From Eledone cirrhosa (taxonomy: Eukaryota): DNA of 64,000 nucleotides. The notes beneath the pieces are model-generated. The model saw only the letters and a list, made by a program, of their open reading frames with translations. It had not been told where the DNA came from and made no database searches. The stretch is taken from contig OZ024745.1 of the NCBI GenBank assembly GCA_964016885.1, positions 108,066,001-108,130,000 of the forward strand. The letters are read 5' to 3'. The translations under genes were made by a program, and so were the position numbers. The stretch's first letter is position 1; each line of letters begins with the position of its first letter. Below are positions 23,411 through 39,875 of the stretch, one piece after another.

Positions 23411-24478
23411 CTGACTAAACAGTAAAAAAAAAAATAAAGCAGTGGTGTTGTTACACATGTAGATATCATAGATCACTTGATACATAGTTATGAAGTTACT
23501 TACCATCAAGCTCCAAGCTTTAACCCACAGGCATACTCTCACCTCTTACCACCCTCCTCTATCCTTTCTATCATTACTACAGTGATCTCTGCTTCTCGAA
23601 TCTGATTAACCTCATGCCAATGGCACCCAGATACTCCCAACTCACTCATTACTTCTTCTCTAGTCACTGGATAGAATGCCTCATGCCTCATTCTGGCTCT
23701 TTCTGCTCTGAATTCAAACTACACACATACCAACTTAGTCTTTCACTTATTTGGGGCTTGATAAGTAAAGTACCAGTCTACAACTGGGGTCAATTCTTTC
23801 TCTCTCTCACTCACACACACAGGATGAAATTAGTGCCTTTCACTTATTTGGGGGTTGATAAGTAAAGTACCAGATTACTACTAGGGTCAATTCTCTCTCT
23901 CTCTCTCTCTCTCTCTTACACACACTGGAGGAAGTCAGCTGTTGCCAGACATGGAGAAGAATGAGGAATGTGCTTTGCCAGATTTAAAAAGCTGAAGAAA
24001 TACCATATTACATGACAATGCTTATATGAGTCTATTAACAGTCGAGGACTCAAGGAAAGATATCATACATCATATATCACATAAAAGATAGAAGGTATCA
24101 TAAGCATTAATTTGAAACAGAAAAGTGCAACAAACAGGCCCACTGTCAGGTGACCTCCTAATCAAATACACAACACAGTACCTGCTATTCTATCTTCTCA
24201 AATTACTATAAAAGGTACAATAAATATTACGGTTCTGTAGGTTTTAGATATAATGATGTCAGTGAAAATAGAAACACTAATATTGTTGTTTGAATTGCTG
24301 ATATCTTCAAAGGATTTCTTTATCAGTGATATATTGTGAGTACTATAACTGTTTATAATTATGTAAATTTGATTACATTATGAAATAAGTCTTGTATTTA
24401 GAGATGACAGTAGAAAATGTTTGCAAACGTAACAGAAAATGATAGACAGAGAAATAGACACGTAGATAGATGTGCATC

Positions 24479-24480
<2 letters not shown>

Positions 24481-24552
<72 letters not shown>
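24481..24552. repeat. Pure (TG)n microsatellite
   Basis: Read directly. Confidence 0.97.
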
Positions 24553-24554
<2 letters not shown>

Positions 24555-26114
24555 CATTTACAAACAGAAAGAGAGAAAAAAGAAAAAAAAAAGGATAGAA
24601 ACAAAAAATAAATTTAAAAGAAGTGGGGGAATGGAGGAGAAGGCAAACACTGCCCTTGGTTGGATGGTACATCTCAGCTACTCATTGCAGACAAGTTAGA
24701 GGAAAACCCTGCTGCAGAGAACAACCAGCTATGCTCACTGCACCAGCCATTCCATAGCTGAAACATCCTGCTCAGACTTTGGTGTACAGTTTATCACTCC
24801 CTTCCCATTTCCTTCTTTCATTGCTTAATTTCTATTTTCTTTTTCTTCTTTCCTTTTTTTTTCTGTTTCGTTTCCTTATTGCCATTTGTATTGAACAGTT
24901 TTTTTATCAAATTTTCTTTTTAGTTTATCAAATTGGTAGACACTGGTCAGACTCTAAAGATTTCAGGAGAATCTGGTAACTATGTTTGACAAATAGGATA
25001 ATTATGTACAATCTGGTTCATACTAAAGTTTAGCTGATCCACGTCAAGTTTTATCTTCCACCGTCCTGTAAAATGCAATCAAAAGTAAATTTATATTTGG
25101 TGGTCCAAGAAATTTTCCTTATGACTTTATATCAACTTCAGCAAAAGGTTGTGTATCACTGATCTAGGAGATTCTGCTCAGAAACAACAGAATGGTGGGA
25201 GTGGAGTTAAACTCATAACATATGAGCAGCTAACCAAGTAATTGATCCATTCAACCATCTTGTTGTTACTGAATGTGAATATAGTGTAATAGTCACAAAG
25301 AGAACTTCTAATAGCTGTGATATAGAAAGAGTTAATAACTGACTTGGTGTACAAGTAGTCTAGTGAGAGACTACACACATCATTAGTGTTCACTAACAGC
25401 TGCAGATTTAATTGTTGTTAATTAATGTAATTAATTAATACAAACTATAATCAACAATTAGAAAAGTTATGTGCAGTAGTTATTCTTGATGCTAATACCA
25501 GCTGTTGACTTCAAAGAAACAATTAATTAGTCGTTAAGATTTACACTTAGAACATTTACCCATAGTAGCTTTATTACTGATTATAGTAAGTAGCTGTTGG
25601 GACTTGAAAGGGCTAATTGATTTAATGGGCCTTCTGGATTATGGTTATGTGTTAGAAGTATTATTGTGATGTGACAGTTAGCGGGTGTGATTTCGAAATT
25701 GTTAACTCCTGGACAGGATTTACAATTAGAAGCAAACATATATGCTGTCTATGTAACTACACATTAGTTCTCACTAAAGCTTCAAATTTTAGGCAATTAG
25801 ACTATCATCATCATCATCATCGTTTAACATCCATTTTCCATGCTAGCATGGGTTAGACACGCTGTCCTGTTCTGAGACAAGCCACGCTGAATGCCTTGAA
25901 ACATTTGTTGTTGTAAACTATATAAATAAATAAATAGAGATGTAAGTACTATTGTACTTAATGTGACAAACATAATAACTTTAATTAATTAAAAAATGTC
26001 TATACCTCTATAGAGGAGAGGTAAACAGTGTTGAACAATGATTACATGAACTGAATAAAAACAAGGTTTGACAACTCAAATTGCAAAAGAAAATTAAATC
26101 TTTGTAATGAGTCA

Positions 26115-26545
26115 ATGAACCAGATGTTCACATTTGCCACCTCTGCCTGACCTATCAGGGAGGGAAAGCTTCCTCTTGGCCCATTTCTGGGTGAGAGAGG
26201 CCACCCTGTTTGTTACCTCATCCCAGTTTTTGTCCATCTGAAGGTCCGAACCAAAACAGACCCCAAGCAAATTAGCTGGTCTGTCTGTCCAGTGCCTGTC
26301 GATGCTGTTATACGGCATGGACTTACCTCTCCAGGTGCTGAATTGCCAACCAACAGACTTTTTCTGGTTAATTTTTGCTTTTGTTATTGCTTTGTATTCC
26401 CCAAGTGGTGCCAATCAACGTTTGCTGTTGAAACCATTATAGTGATTTCATTGGCATATGCTGACACGGATGTCCTACCTAGTTCATGCAGGATGCCTTT
26501 CAATGTCTCCAATTTGTGTAGCAGTGGCTTGAGAGTCCATCAAAG
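26115..26545 (-). mobile_element. Decayed L1/Tx1-clade LINE RT fragment
   Basis: LKPLLHKLETLKGI...SVSAYANEITI (decayed YADD), then YKAITKAKINQKKSVG...LLGVCFGSDLQMDKNWDEVTNRVASLTQKWAKRKLSL. Confidence 0.75.
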
Positions 26546-26859
26546 ACTGGATTGTGGCTTTGTTGCCATGCTGTACCTCTGTCATATGGCCCATTGAATG
26601 GCTTTCATCCCCTCGTGTCTAAGAGCACGAGCCATAGCTCTGACAACACACCTTTCGTGCTTCATGTTGAAGAATTGGTAGAACACAAATCTTATTGTGA
26701 ACATGTCGGCTATGATGCCTTTCCTAAACTCAATTGGAAAACAATTCTCTGTCAGCAGATTATTTAAGCTTCATTGAAGCTATGGTTTCTATAGCAATAA
26801 TAAGGAACTAGTAAAGACCTAGCATTGATAATACCACAACTAGTTTCACTTTTGTCCAT

Positions 26860-27580
26860 TACTACTACTACGCTCATCATTTCTACAACCACTGTGGTAG
26901 TTGTGGTGCCACTGCCATCACCACTACCAGCACACTTACTACTGCTGCTATCACCAACACCACCACCACCACCAGTTGCTGTCACCACCACCACTGCCAC
27001 CACCAACATCACCACCACCACTGCCACTACCACTGTCATCACCACCACCACCACTGCCACTACCACTGTCATCACCACCACCACTGCCACCACCAACACC
27101 ACCACTACCAGTTGCTGTCACCACTACCACTGTCATCACCACCACCACTGCCACCACCAACACCACCACTACCAGTTGCTGTCACCACCACCACCACTGC
27201 CACTACCACTGTCATCACCACCACCACCACTGCCACTACCACTGTCATCACCACCACCACCAGTGTCACTAGCACTGTCACCACCACCACCACTGCCACC
27301 ACCAACACCACCACTACCAGTTGCTGTCACCACCACCACCACTGCCACCACCAACACCACCACTACCAGTTGCTGTCACCACCACCACCACTGCCACCAC
27401 CAACACCACCACTACCAGTTGCTGTCACCAACACCACCACTGCCACTACCACTGTCATCACCACCACCACCATTGCCACCACCAACACCACCACTACCAG
27501 TTGCTGTCACCACCACCACTGCCACTACCAGTCATCACCACCACTACTGCCACCACTACCACTGTCATCACCACCACCAT
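26860..27580. repeat. (CCA)n-derived compound minisatellite with recurring CCAGTTGCTGTCACCA and CCACTGTCATCA modules
   Basis: Read directly; gives poly-T, -P and -H ORFs in all frames. Confidence 0.92.
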
Positions 27581-28382
27581 TGCCTTCATTTGTTGTGGTC
27601 CATGTCATTACCCACTATTGTTGGTACTTTTGCCATTTCATCACCACTACCAATATCAACATTATGCCCCACAGACATATGCACACTCTCAGCTCTTCCT
27701 GGAAACCCCCCCCCCCCCCGTTACACCACCACTATGAAAGATGATGACTACAACATCAACATCAACAAATTAAAAATAATAAAAATATTTATTACAACAA
27801 AAGATAACAAGGAGAAAAACTGAAATCCTTGTCTATGTCTATATCTACCATGCTCTACTCAATTTCACTGTGTAGCCGTACTATGCTCTCTTCTGCCTTG
27901 TCCCAGCATCCCCTCTGTTCTGTCCATCTTTCTAACTAGCAAGTCTGTTGCTGCAACATTGTAAGTCCCTGCAGCCCAATTATCTATAATCAAATTAGAA
28001 GGATTTGAGGAGAAGGGAGATCTATCTATCTGTTAGTTAACTTCATTCATTCTTGCCAAGTAGACTGAAGAAGATAAGCAACGAGAAGAGTCACCAGACT
28101 ATCGTGCAGATTTACATTTAGAACAGATTCGTGGGATATTTCCTGCATATCGTATTGTATAAATGAAACAACAAGACACAACAACAAGACACATAACAAA
28201 AAAAAAAAACAATTAAAAAATAGCCATGCAATAATCTGTGAAAAGGATCTCTCTAGAGTGTGGTCAGTAAAATAAATACAAATAGCATTTGATAAGGTAG
28301 AGAGGAACTTTGATTCAATCTTAGTTATTCAGCTAAAATTAATATTAATGAACAAAACGCAAGTTATAAAACTTCTCAAAAG

Positions 28383-28550
28383 TAGGATGGCATGGCTGTG
28401 TGGTTAAGGAGTTTGTTTTGAAACCATATCATTCTGTGTTCAGTCCCACTATGCAGTACCTTGAACAAGTATCTCTTTTACTATAGCCTCAGGTTGACCA
28501 ATGCCTTGTGACTGAAATTTGGTAAATAGAAACTACAGGAGTTTGATCAT
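28383..28550 (+). mobile_element. tRNA/CORE-type SINE ending in TA/TG repeats (related decayed copies at about 11420-11560 - and 63470-63640 -)
   Basis: GGCATGGCTGTGTGGTTAAG...GTTCAGTCCCA...ACCTTGAACAAGT. Confidence 0.6.
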
Positions 28551-28679
28551 ATATATATGTGTGTGTTGTGTGTATGCGTGTGGTGTGAAGTGTGTATGTG
28601 TGGTGTGAATGTGTGGTGTGAATGTGTGTGTGTATGTGTATGGAATGTTTGTGTGAGTAAGAATGTGTGTGTGTGTGGA

Positions 28680-28830
28680 CAAGGAGAGCAGCTGACAAAG
28701 GTCTTACTGAGTATGCCAAGACACCCTCAGCCTTCTTGACAATTTTAGAGATGTGTTTTGTTCAATGCAAATCACTACTGACAGTAATGTCTAGGTCACT
28801 TCCTGTTTGGTGTTGGTCATATCAAGGGTG
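28680..28830 (-). mobile_element. CR1-clade LINE RT fragment
   Basis: SDLDITVSSDLH*TKHISKIVKKAEGVLA, matching the CR1 pattern EKDLGV...HI..IV.KA. Confidence 0.65.
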
Positions 28831-28869
28831 TAGCCACACTCCTCACACTTGGCCAATTGTGTGTTGGTG

Positions 28870-29075
28870 AGGCTATTTAACTGATAGTTGGAGTGGATAG
28901 CTGTTGACTCTAAGAAGTTCAGCCATCCTTTTAACAGCTCTTGTTTCTTGTGCTGTTGGGATTCAATTTACCTTTCTCACTGGACCAAGATCTGATGGGG
29001 AAGCCAGTTTAGTTGCCGACCACTTGACCATGAAGCAGGTTGTACCGTGTTACATGGTACCATTTGCAGGCAGAA
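28870..29075 (-). mobile_element. Possible Penelope-like RT thumb fragment
   Basis: Frameshifted CKWYH...NLLH...SATKLA...AQETRAVKRMAELLRVNSYP loosely fits the Penelope pattern WYRK...H.P...L..NGYP. Confidence 0.35.
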
Positions 29076-30109
29076 GCCTGACTTGATTTGACCTGACCAG
29101 ATGAATGTAAAGAATTAAAACAAATGCAACAAGACATTTTGTCCAATGCTTAAACAATTCCATCAAACAATCACTTTAGAAAGGTACTATATTTTACCAG
29201 CACCGGAAGAATGAAAAGGAAAACTGACCTCAGTGGGATTAGAACTTTGAATGAGCAGAACCAGAATAAATATCAAGATGTATTTTATCAGACATACTAA
29301 CAATTGCACCAATCAACTGCTTTAGGTTGGTAGTTTATTTTATTGAACTTAGAAAGATGAAATGAAATGCTGACTTCAACAGGAGTCGAAATATGAATGT
29401 AAAGAGCTGGAATAAATATTGCAAAACATTCTGCCAATTCATCACCTTTTCAAGAACTAACTGCTAAGATTTTAATACAAATGATATTAGACATCATAGG
29501 CAGAAATCTGTGAGAGAAATAGCACCTAATTTGAAGAGATAGAATGGTAGCCATTTTATAGTGTAAACAGTAATGTAGCTTGCCAGACAACTGTTAGATA
29601 TATGGTTCAAGTCAACTAAAACCTATTTTTTCTTTTCTGTCTCAAATTGGAGCTTATAATGTCTAATATCAGCCTTTCTTTCATGCATTTTTTTTTTTTT
29701 TTTGCATTTTCCTTCTAAAGATACACCTGCTTAAACAATTACAGGTGAGAAGATGATAAACAGAAAGTTATGATGAAAATAATGGCCCATTAACATAAAA
29801 TCAAAAAGAAAAAAAAAATGGTTTTTGTAGGTATTTTTTTCTCATTCACCATTACACATGATTGACTTCAGTATTAGTACCAGTGCTGACACTGCTGTCT
29901 CTGGCACAGGTTCTTGAAACTTTGATACTTATATTTTGTTTTATTGTCAGTTTATTTTTCTAAATTTATTTTTCTGATAATTTGTAGCAATTAGTTTTCT
30001 ATTACTTTTGTAAGTTTAGCAACAAGAAAAATACATTTAAAAAAAGATTATATAAAAAACAATAAAAATTAGAAAAAAAACAGAAAGGGTATATCTTGTA
30101 TGTGTATGA

Positions 30110-30357
30110 GTGTATATATATATATATATAATATATATATATAAATAAATATAATATATATATACAATATATATACACTATATATGAAATATCTATACAA
30201 TATATATATATATACAATATATATATACACTATATATATACAATATATATGTAATATATATATATATATATATATATGCGTATTTATATGCATATATATA
30301 TGTATATATATATATGTGTCTATATATATACATACAAGCAGATGTGTATATATATAT

Positions 30358-30409
<52 letters not shown>

Positions 30410-30785
30410 TAATATATATATATATATGGACACACATAAAAGAATGTCTCCTCACTATGCTACATACATACTTTGATGTATCATTTAATAAAGTGCTGAC
30501 AGGTTATTTACAGAAGCAATAATGAACTGTGAATCTATCTTCTTGGTTCCAAGAGACTAACTACATCTTCATCATCACCCTCGTCACTAACACCAAGTTG
30601 TTGTTGATCTTGTTCCTCACCATCTCTTACATTTACCAGTGTTCACGCTATGACACCAGTTACATGTCATTTTGAGATAACACATCTGAATGCAATAAAC
30701 TTGCTCAAGGTTAATTTGCTGGCAAACTAGCACTATTAGATTGCTGTGTGGTGCATGCGAATGTGTGTGTGTGTGCGTGTGTGAA

Positions 30786-30829
<44 letters not shown>

Positions 30830-30940
30830 TATATACACATACATATACACATATATATATATATACAATATATATGTAATATATATACAACATATATTTA
30901 TATATATGTGTATTTGTATGCATATATATATGTATATATA

Positions 30941-30978
<38 letters not shown>

Positions 30979-31035
30979 TATATTTATATATATATATATA
31001 TACACATATATATATATACACATATACATATACAC

Positions 31036-31118
<83 letters not shown>

Positions 31119-31159
31119 CACATATACATATACACATATATATATATATATACACATAT

Positions 31160-31199
<40 letters not shown>

Positions 31200-31535
31200 G
31201 TGTATATATATATATATGTGTATATGTATATGTGTATGTATATATATATATATGTGTATATGTATATGTGTATGTATATATACATATATACATATATATA
31301 TATATATACATATATATATAATGGCGATAAACAGTGAGTGTGTTCTGTTATTAATTCTGGCAATATTACACAAATATGACCCTCCCCAAGTATAGCAATA
31401 TATATATATATATATATATATATATCTATGTAATATATATGCATATGTTCAATATGTTCATGCATAGATGCACATTCATATAACTTGTATATATATATAT
31501 GTATGTATGCATATATATATATGTATGTATGTATA
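30110..31535. repeat. Large (TA)n-based compound microsatellites (about 30110-30430 and 30785-31320)
   Basis: Read directly; explains the YI-repeat ORFs. Confidence 0.95.
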
Positions 31536-33090
31536 TAATGCCAACATAACAGGTAATGTGAGACGGTGACAAAAGTACAGACAAATATGTCACAGACTAA
31601 GAATTAATTTACAAAAGATCTCCCCCCCCCCCCAAAAAAAAAAGCAGCACTATCACCATCTATGGTTGCACCTTACCACTTCTATCACTCTGAGTGCATC
31701 GAGAATGAGTTCATAAATATTAGAGAAGGCCCAATACCAGAACAGATTCCACAAGGCATCTATAACATCCAACACTCTAAAAATTCTGCCAATCCACTGG
31801 TACTTTATTTTATCGATCATGCACTGGTACTTTATTTTATCGATCCCAAATAAATGAAAGGCAAAGCTGATCTTGGTGGGATTTGAACCCAGACTGCAAA
31901 GAGTTGGAATTTCTGTCAAATCTCCATCTATACACCATTGATTTGTATGGCAAATAATTGGCAGAGTCATTAGAAGGTTGGATAGAAGGTTTCATGGTAT
32001 TTGGTCTGACTCTCTGTACTCCAAGTTCAAATCTTGCCATGGTCAACTTAACTTTGCTTTTCATCCTTTCAGAGCCGATAAATAAAGTACCAGTCCAGTA
32101 CTGAGGCCAATTCTCTCACTTCCCCTTGCTCTCTCTTTATTTCTGTGGGGAAAAATGGGTGTGTTCAGACAATGAGTGGGATGGGTTCCACTAAATGTAA
32201 ATGCTCATAACATGGTGTATATTTCTACAGTGCCCCTATGACACAACCGGGAGTAAAAGGCCTATGGCATGACATGAACAACATTGAATAAAACAAAAAT
32301 GTTTATGTTGATCCGTATATGTACTTTGCATATTTAAAGGTATACAGCAAAACAACAGAGATTGTCCAGTTACTATATATAAAGTCATTTTAACTACTTC
32401 CCAATCAACCAGCTCATCATACACTCAATGATCTGATTCCTTAATATCATCTATAATAAATGCCTCCTCCACAGAAAGTTCTCAAATCACTTTTTTAGAC
32501 AAAATCATTAAGAAAATTTAAAAGATTTAATTCTTTTGATTATTGTTTGTGTTTATTTCACTCTCACATTTCATTAACCTTTTCATTATCATTTTTCTTT
32601 TGAAATACACTGCCTGTGTTTCAATTAATTTTGAAAATAATCAAGAATTTAGAGGGATTTAATAAAATAACTAACTTTGTCATTATTAAGCTGGTGTTTG
32701 GAACATAACTTAATAAAAGGTTCTTACATAAAGCGATGATGAAAGATCTTAATTTAAAAACAACACATTAAAGTTGGTGGTGTGTTTTTGTATCATAGAA
32801 GCTGAAGCAGGCTTTTAGAATGTTTAGTATCAAAAGGATTTATTCAGTATTTTTTCATTTCAAGTTTTTAAGATATTTATGGATGTATGTTACTTGACTA
32901 AATTTCACAATAACCAACTCACTCTATACCAGCACTTTTCCACACTGTTTTACTTGCTTTTGCCCAAATTAACACTAAAATTATCCTCCAACTCTTACCA
33001 TTCTCCTCTAACCATCATTGTCTCTTGCTATGCCATATTTAATTTCACAATATAACCCTTTCTCAATCTGTATTTCATTATGCAACAAGT

Positions 33091-33775
33091 ATCATCATCA
33101 TCACCGTTTAACGTCCATGGGTTAGACAAGTTATCCTGTTGTGAGCAATGCCAAGTCAGGTCACCATGTCTTGTTCATACAGAACCGATTTTGGCTTGGT
33201 TTTTACAGCTGGATGATCTTCCTAACATCAAACTCATTTACAGTGAGTGCTGGGTGCTTTTTGTCGTATCACCATTACAACCACCTTACAGTGTAGACTG
33301 GGTACTTTTTGCTATGACACCCACACGACCACTTTACAGTGTGGGCCGGGAACTTTTTGTCGTGTCACCATCACAACCACTTTACAGTGTGGGCTGGGTA
33401 CTTTTTGCTATGACACCCACACGACCACTTTACAGTGTGGGCCAGGAACTTTTTGTCGTATCACCATTACAACCACCTTACAGTGTAGACTGGGTACTTT
33501 TTGCTATGACACCCACACAACCACTTTACAGTGTGGGCCGGGAACTTTTTGTCGTGTCACCATCACAACTACTTTACAATGTAGACTGGGAACTTTTTGT
33601 CGTGTCACCATCACAACTACTTTACAATGTAGACTGGGAACTTTTTGTCGTGTCACCATCACGACCACTTTACTGTGTAGACTGGGTACTTTTTGCTATG
33701 ACACCTACACGACCACTTTACAATGTGGGCTGCGTATTTTTGTTGTGTCACCATCACGACCACTCTACAGTTGTG
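33091..33775 (-). mobile_element. RTE-tail-derived element containing a tandem array of about eleven 48-bp units (33240-33770)
   Basis: (CAT)n tail at 33091; unit CTGGGTACTTTTTGCTATGACACCCACACGACCACTTTACAGTGTGGG; the ORFs here show a 16-aa periodicity. Confidence 0.85.
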
Positions 33776-34886
33776 TTACATTAATGTTTTCTTGGTAGAG
33801 ATCCTTAAACTTGTACAATAGACTATCTCCTCCTTCAGTGGGGAGATGCTACTTGAAAATAGCAAGTAATATATCATGGTTTGTGATTTTAAGGTGACCA
33901 TAATAAACTCTGTATATCAGAGTTGATGAACAGACCCAACCCACTTTAGTATATTGGGTAGAGGCTTGGAATGGTTTACAGACACAAAGAAAAAGTAAAA
34001 GAAGCTAAATTCTTAAATGGAATATCTAACCTTCACCATCATGGAAAAATAGACATAAATCCAGTGATAATACAGATGATGATGATGATGAATATGGTGA
34101 TGATGAGGATGATGATGATGACAAAACAACAATGGTAATCAAAGTCACAATGATAATGATGATGATGATGATGATGATGATGATTATGATAAAGAAAAAA
34201 CATAATAAATAAGAATCATGATGAATAGTAGTGCTGAGATTTGATAAATCTGATAGTGGCACCAAAGTTTGAGGAATTTTCTCTCAAGTGCTTACAACCT
34301 ACTGTTTGGAGTCAAACTCCAAAAGTGAACTTTGACCCAGCTGTGAAAATAAAATTCTATTGAAAACAGATAGCCAAGCGACGCAGTAACTGTGTTAAGT
34401 TAAGATGGTCAGAGGATGGCTATCAGGGAGTTACTGTTGTATCCAATAGTGACTGTTTGCTGTTTTAAACTGACAAAATGAATAATGTTGCTATGAAAAC
34501 TGTATTTCCCCAGAGTATACAAAAGCTGGCCATATTTGTACATGTTGTACTTGAGTAAGCTGTTAACAACCAATGGTATATTAAATCAAAAAAATTGCCT
34601 TCCATTTCTTGATAGAGGGCCAAAAACGATTTCTACAACACTGTCAAGGAATGGTAAAACTATCACACACACACGAACAAACACACTAATACAAAACAAA
34701 TGTGCTATACATTTGAGTTCTTTCACCGACACACAAATATGTTCAGTGTTGTATACATGTATACACGCATGCAGACAATCTTATATTTAAATATATATAT
34801 GCAAAAAGTTAATGGAAACAACAAAGCAAACAACACTGTACAATGAAGAAAAATATTAGTTTAATGCTTCGCATAGTGAGAAAAGA

Positions 34887-34921
34887 GTCTTTACATTTCA
34901 GACATTAGTCCTTCATCAGAC
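34887..34921 (-). ncRNA. Degenerate minimal hammerhead-like motif in a (TA)n-flanked Penelope-like 3' end
   Basis: Minus strand GT-CTGATGA-AGGAC-TAAT-GTCT-GAAA-TGTAAAG-AC; ATTAAA lies downstream. Confidence 0.45.
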
Positions 34922-35311
34922 GATAGAAGGAGAAATAAAAGATGAAACAAAAAGATAAAGAGTGAGATGAGGAAGGAAAGGAAAACATATTTAAGAAAAA
35001 GCATATGTGTATTCAGTCAGCCATTTTATATATATATATATATATCATCATCATCATCATTTCATTTTACGTCCGCTTTTTCCCTGCTTGCAAGGGTGGG
35101 ACGGGAACTGATTCTGGCTTCTACAGCTGGATGCCCTTCCTAACACCAACCTCATTTACAGTGAGTGCTGGGTGCTTTTTTGCTGTGGCACCTGCACGAC
35201 CACTTTGCAGTGGAATGATAGGGACCCCAGTCCCTATCATCTCATTTCTACAGCTGAGTAAACTGGAGCAATGTGAAATAAAGTGTCTTGCTCAAGGAAA
35301 CAACACATCGC

Positions 35312-35340
<29 letters not shown>

Positions 35341-35346
<6 letters not shown>

Positions 35347-35440
35347 GGTCAGTTGAAAAGTTCATAGGATGACTATGAAGGATTGATGCTAGAGCTGTGA
35401 AATCTTGTATGCATTAATTTCAACTCTTCTCATTAATAAT
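35341..35440. mobile_element. Mariner-type terminal fragment
   Basis: TATGAGGGTCAGTTGAAAAGTTC immediately after (TA)n; no matching partner end found. Confidence 0.45.
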
Positions 35441-35731
35441 GATAATAGTAGTAGTGGTGGTGGTGGTGATAGTAGTAGTAATAGTAGTAGTAGTAGTAGT
35501 AGTGGCAGTGGTGGTGGTAGTACTGGCGGTGCGTGGTAGTAGTGGTGGTGTTGGCAGTGGTAACAACAACAACAACAACAACACCAATTTTCAGTTGATG
35601 ACTTCTGAAGTGGGCATGAAGTATTAAGTTAGGCTGTGTCTGTAATCCGTAATGGAAGATGAAGGAACAACTTGATAAGGGAAAAGTCCAGAAGTTTATA
35701 TTTTCATAGCCATTTCAACCACAGCAACAGT

Positions 35732-35769
<38 letters not shown>

Positions 35770-36339
35770 GCCATAAAGAAGAAATACATATATATTTTTT
35801 CTATTACGTGTGCCCAGAGAAGCCATAAGTTGAGACATTTACCGCAGTAAATGTCTCTATTTTATATAAAATCTCTCCACCAGCCCTTTTAAGAGTGTAA
35901 AAAGCTTTACATATATAGACACGGTCACACAAGTTTTGCAATCTATATAGTTTCAGTAGCGAAAGTATGTCTTAATGTGTTTGTAAAAGAAGCAATGTTT
36001 TCAATCAGTTTTTCACTTGCAGAGCAAGATGTATTTGCAAAAACACTAAGTGTGAAAGATCAGATACAACCACAGGGTGACATAAGTGAGAAGAAAGGAC
36101 ACGTATTTATTTGAAAGATGTGTCGTCAGAAATGAGATTAATGCATTTAGAAAGAAGCATGGTGCAGCAACCACTACTGCAACAAATATCCGCAAGCTGT
36201 GTGCAATTGCAAAGCATGCAAATTAAAATGGTAACAGATTGGCTGAAAAGATTGTGTAGGAGAGAACTGAAAGTGTAAGCATCCAGACAATACTATAGAA
36301 GAAGTCTTTACAATTTCAATGGCATTTTGGTGGTAACAA

Positions 36340-38300
<1,961 letters not shown>

Positions 38301-39446
38301 CAAGCATACACAAACCATTGAAATAACTAAACACCTATAGAGAGATAGCTACAGGCATATAAATATGTGCACATCAACAGAATGACTTGCACCCAATTAT
38401 ATTCCCACAGACAATCAAAAAAAGACAGCTATAAATGTCAAATTGGCTAGCTGACCAACCCATAAATACAACTCCGCTCTGGTCCATTTACTTTCAGATT
38501 AAACATCCTTCTCTTTCATATAAAAATCATTAGATTATATTAGAAGATCAATACCAAAGAGAAGCAGGACTGAGGAAGAGGGTGCTGGCAAGGTGGGTAT
38601 GTGGAGGAGAAAACATTTGTGTTTTGATTCCAGTAGGACATTTTTATTATCCATAGTTGAAAAACAGCAGCAGTCTGATACAGGAATTTTCTGTACAGGC
38701 AACCATCATAGTTTGTAAGGAGAGTAGAAATAGCAAAGAGATTAGTGTGTGTAAATAAATAAGAAAGGAAGTGGCAAGAGGGAAAGGAGAGTCATATTTG
38801 GTATTGATGCTTGTTAAAAATCTAAACTACAGCCATTGGCAAAGCAGTGTCATAGCACTGAAATTTAATAGTCTTTCACTTCAGAAATATTAGATTATCA
38901 TACTAAAATGTGTTCAATCGAACACAGTAATGTTGCTAAAGGAGAACTGTAATTCTGTAATTAACTAAAACTAAAGCCAAACCATAATTTTTTGTTTGTT
39001 TTTGTTTTTTTTGTCACACTCAACATCGCCACAGACTGTGGGCTAGAACAGGTAAAAATAAGTAATCAGGCAGACCTAGGAAAAAAATAATTCTAGTGTT
39101 TTGTATATAAAGGACTACAATGTCCAAAGTCCTTTTTTTCTTTTATAAATTTCGAATGTGTGCTTTAAGAGAGATTTGGCTTCTCTTTCTAACAAGCTGA
39201 GTGACCATTTAGAGCTTCTTTCAGATCCAAACTATATATAGTTACCTAAGTAACATCACAGCAAGGGTTATGGGTAAATACCATGTGGAGCAATATCTGA
39301 ATGAATCTAGTACGACTGTGAAATTAGGCTCAATAAGGGTCATTTCAGTAGATTGAATCAACCCTAGCAATTTCACAGGAGCTTCCACCTATTTCTTATT
39401 CCAAAAATACCAAATGAAAGTAGCAATAGACTACATACTATGTAAG

Positions 39447-39484
<38 letters not shown>

Positions 39485-39875
39485 ATAAGCAAGTGGGAAT
39501 GAAGTATCAATTTAGCATTTTATATATATTTTATATACCCATTATGTGTGTTTCGCAATTGATCAGCTGAAGTTATGAGCAAAGATGATCGGACCTCACT
39601 CTGGTATTGATAACTCCTCAGAATCATGGATTTTCTAATGTATGCGACCCCATTATACACACACACACACACACACACATATATGTATATGTATATTTGA
39701 ATGAAAATACAAGAAAGCTGGATTCCAGTATCTTCCTTTAATGTTACACAACTACATAATACATATTTCTGTGGCTAGCTTACATCATCAGACAATGATA
39801 CATGGCAATCAGTGATGTCATCCGATATGATGAACATAAAAGATTTAGTTTAGTAGTCCCTACTGGGTTACAGCC

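Noticed and set aside
26764-27823. 332-aa mucin- or extensin-like ORF with a hydrophobic N-terminus
   Set aside because: It is a (CCA)n-derived repeat open in most frames, switching between poly-T, -P and -H phases, with no splice or homology support.
33240-33770. CRISPR-like regular repeat array
   Set aside because: The units are contiguous diverged 48-bp tandem repeats without unique spacers, they sit inside a retroelement tail, the context is eukaryotic and there are no cas genes.
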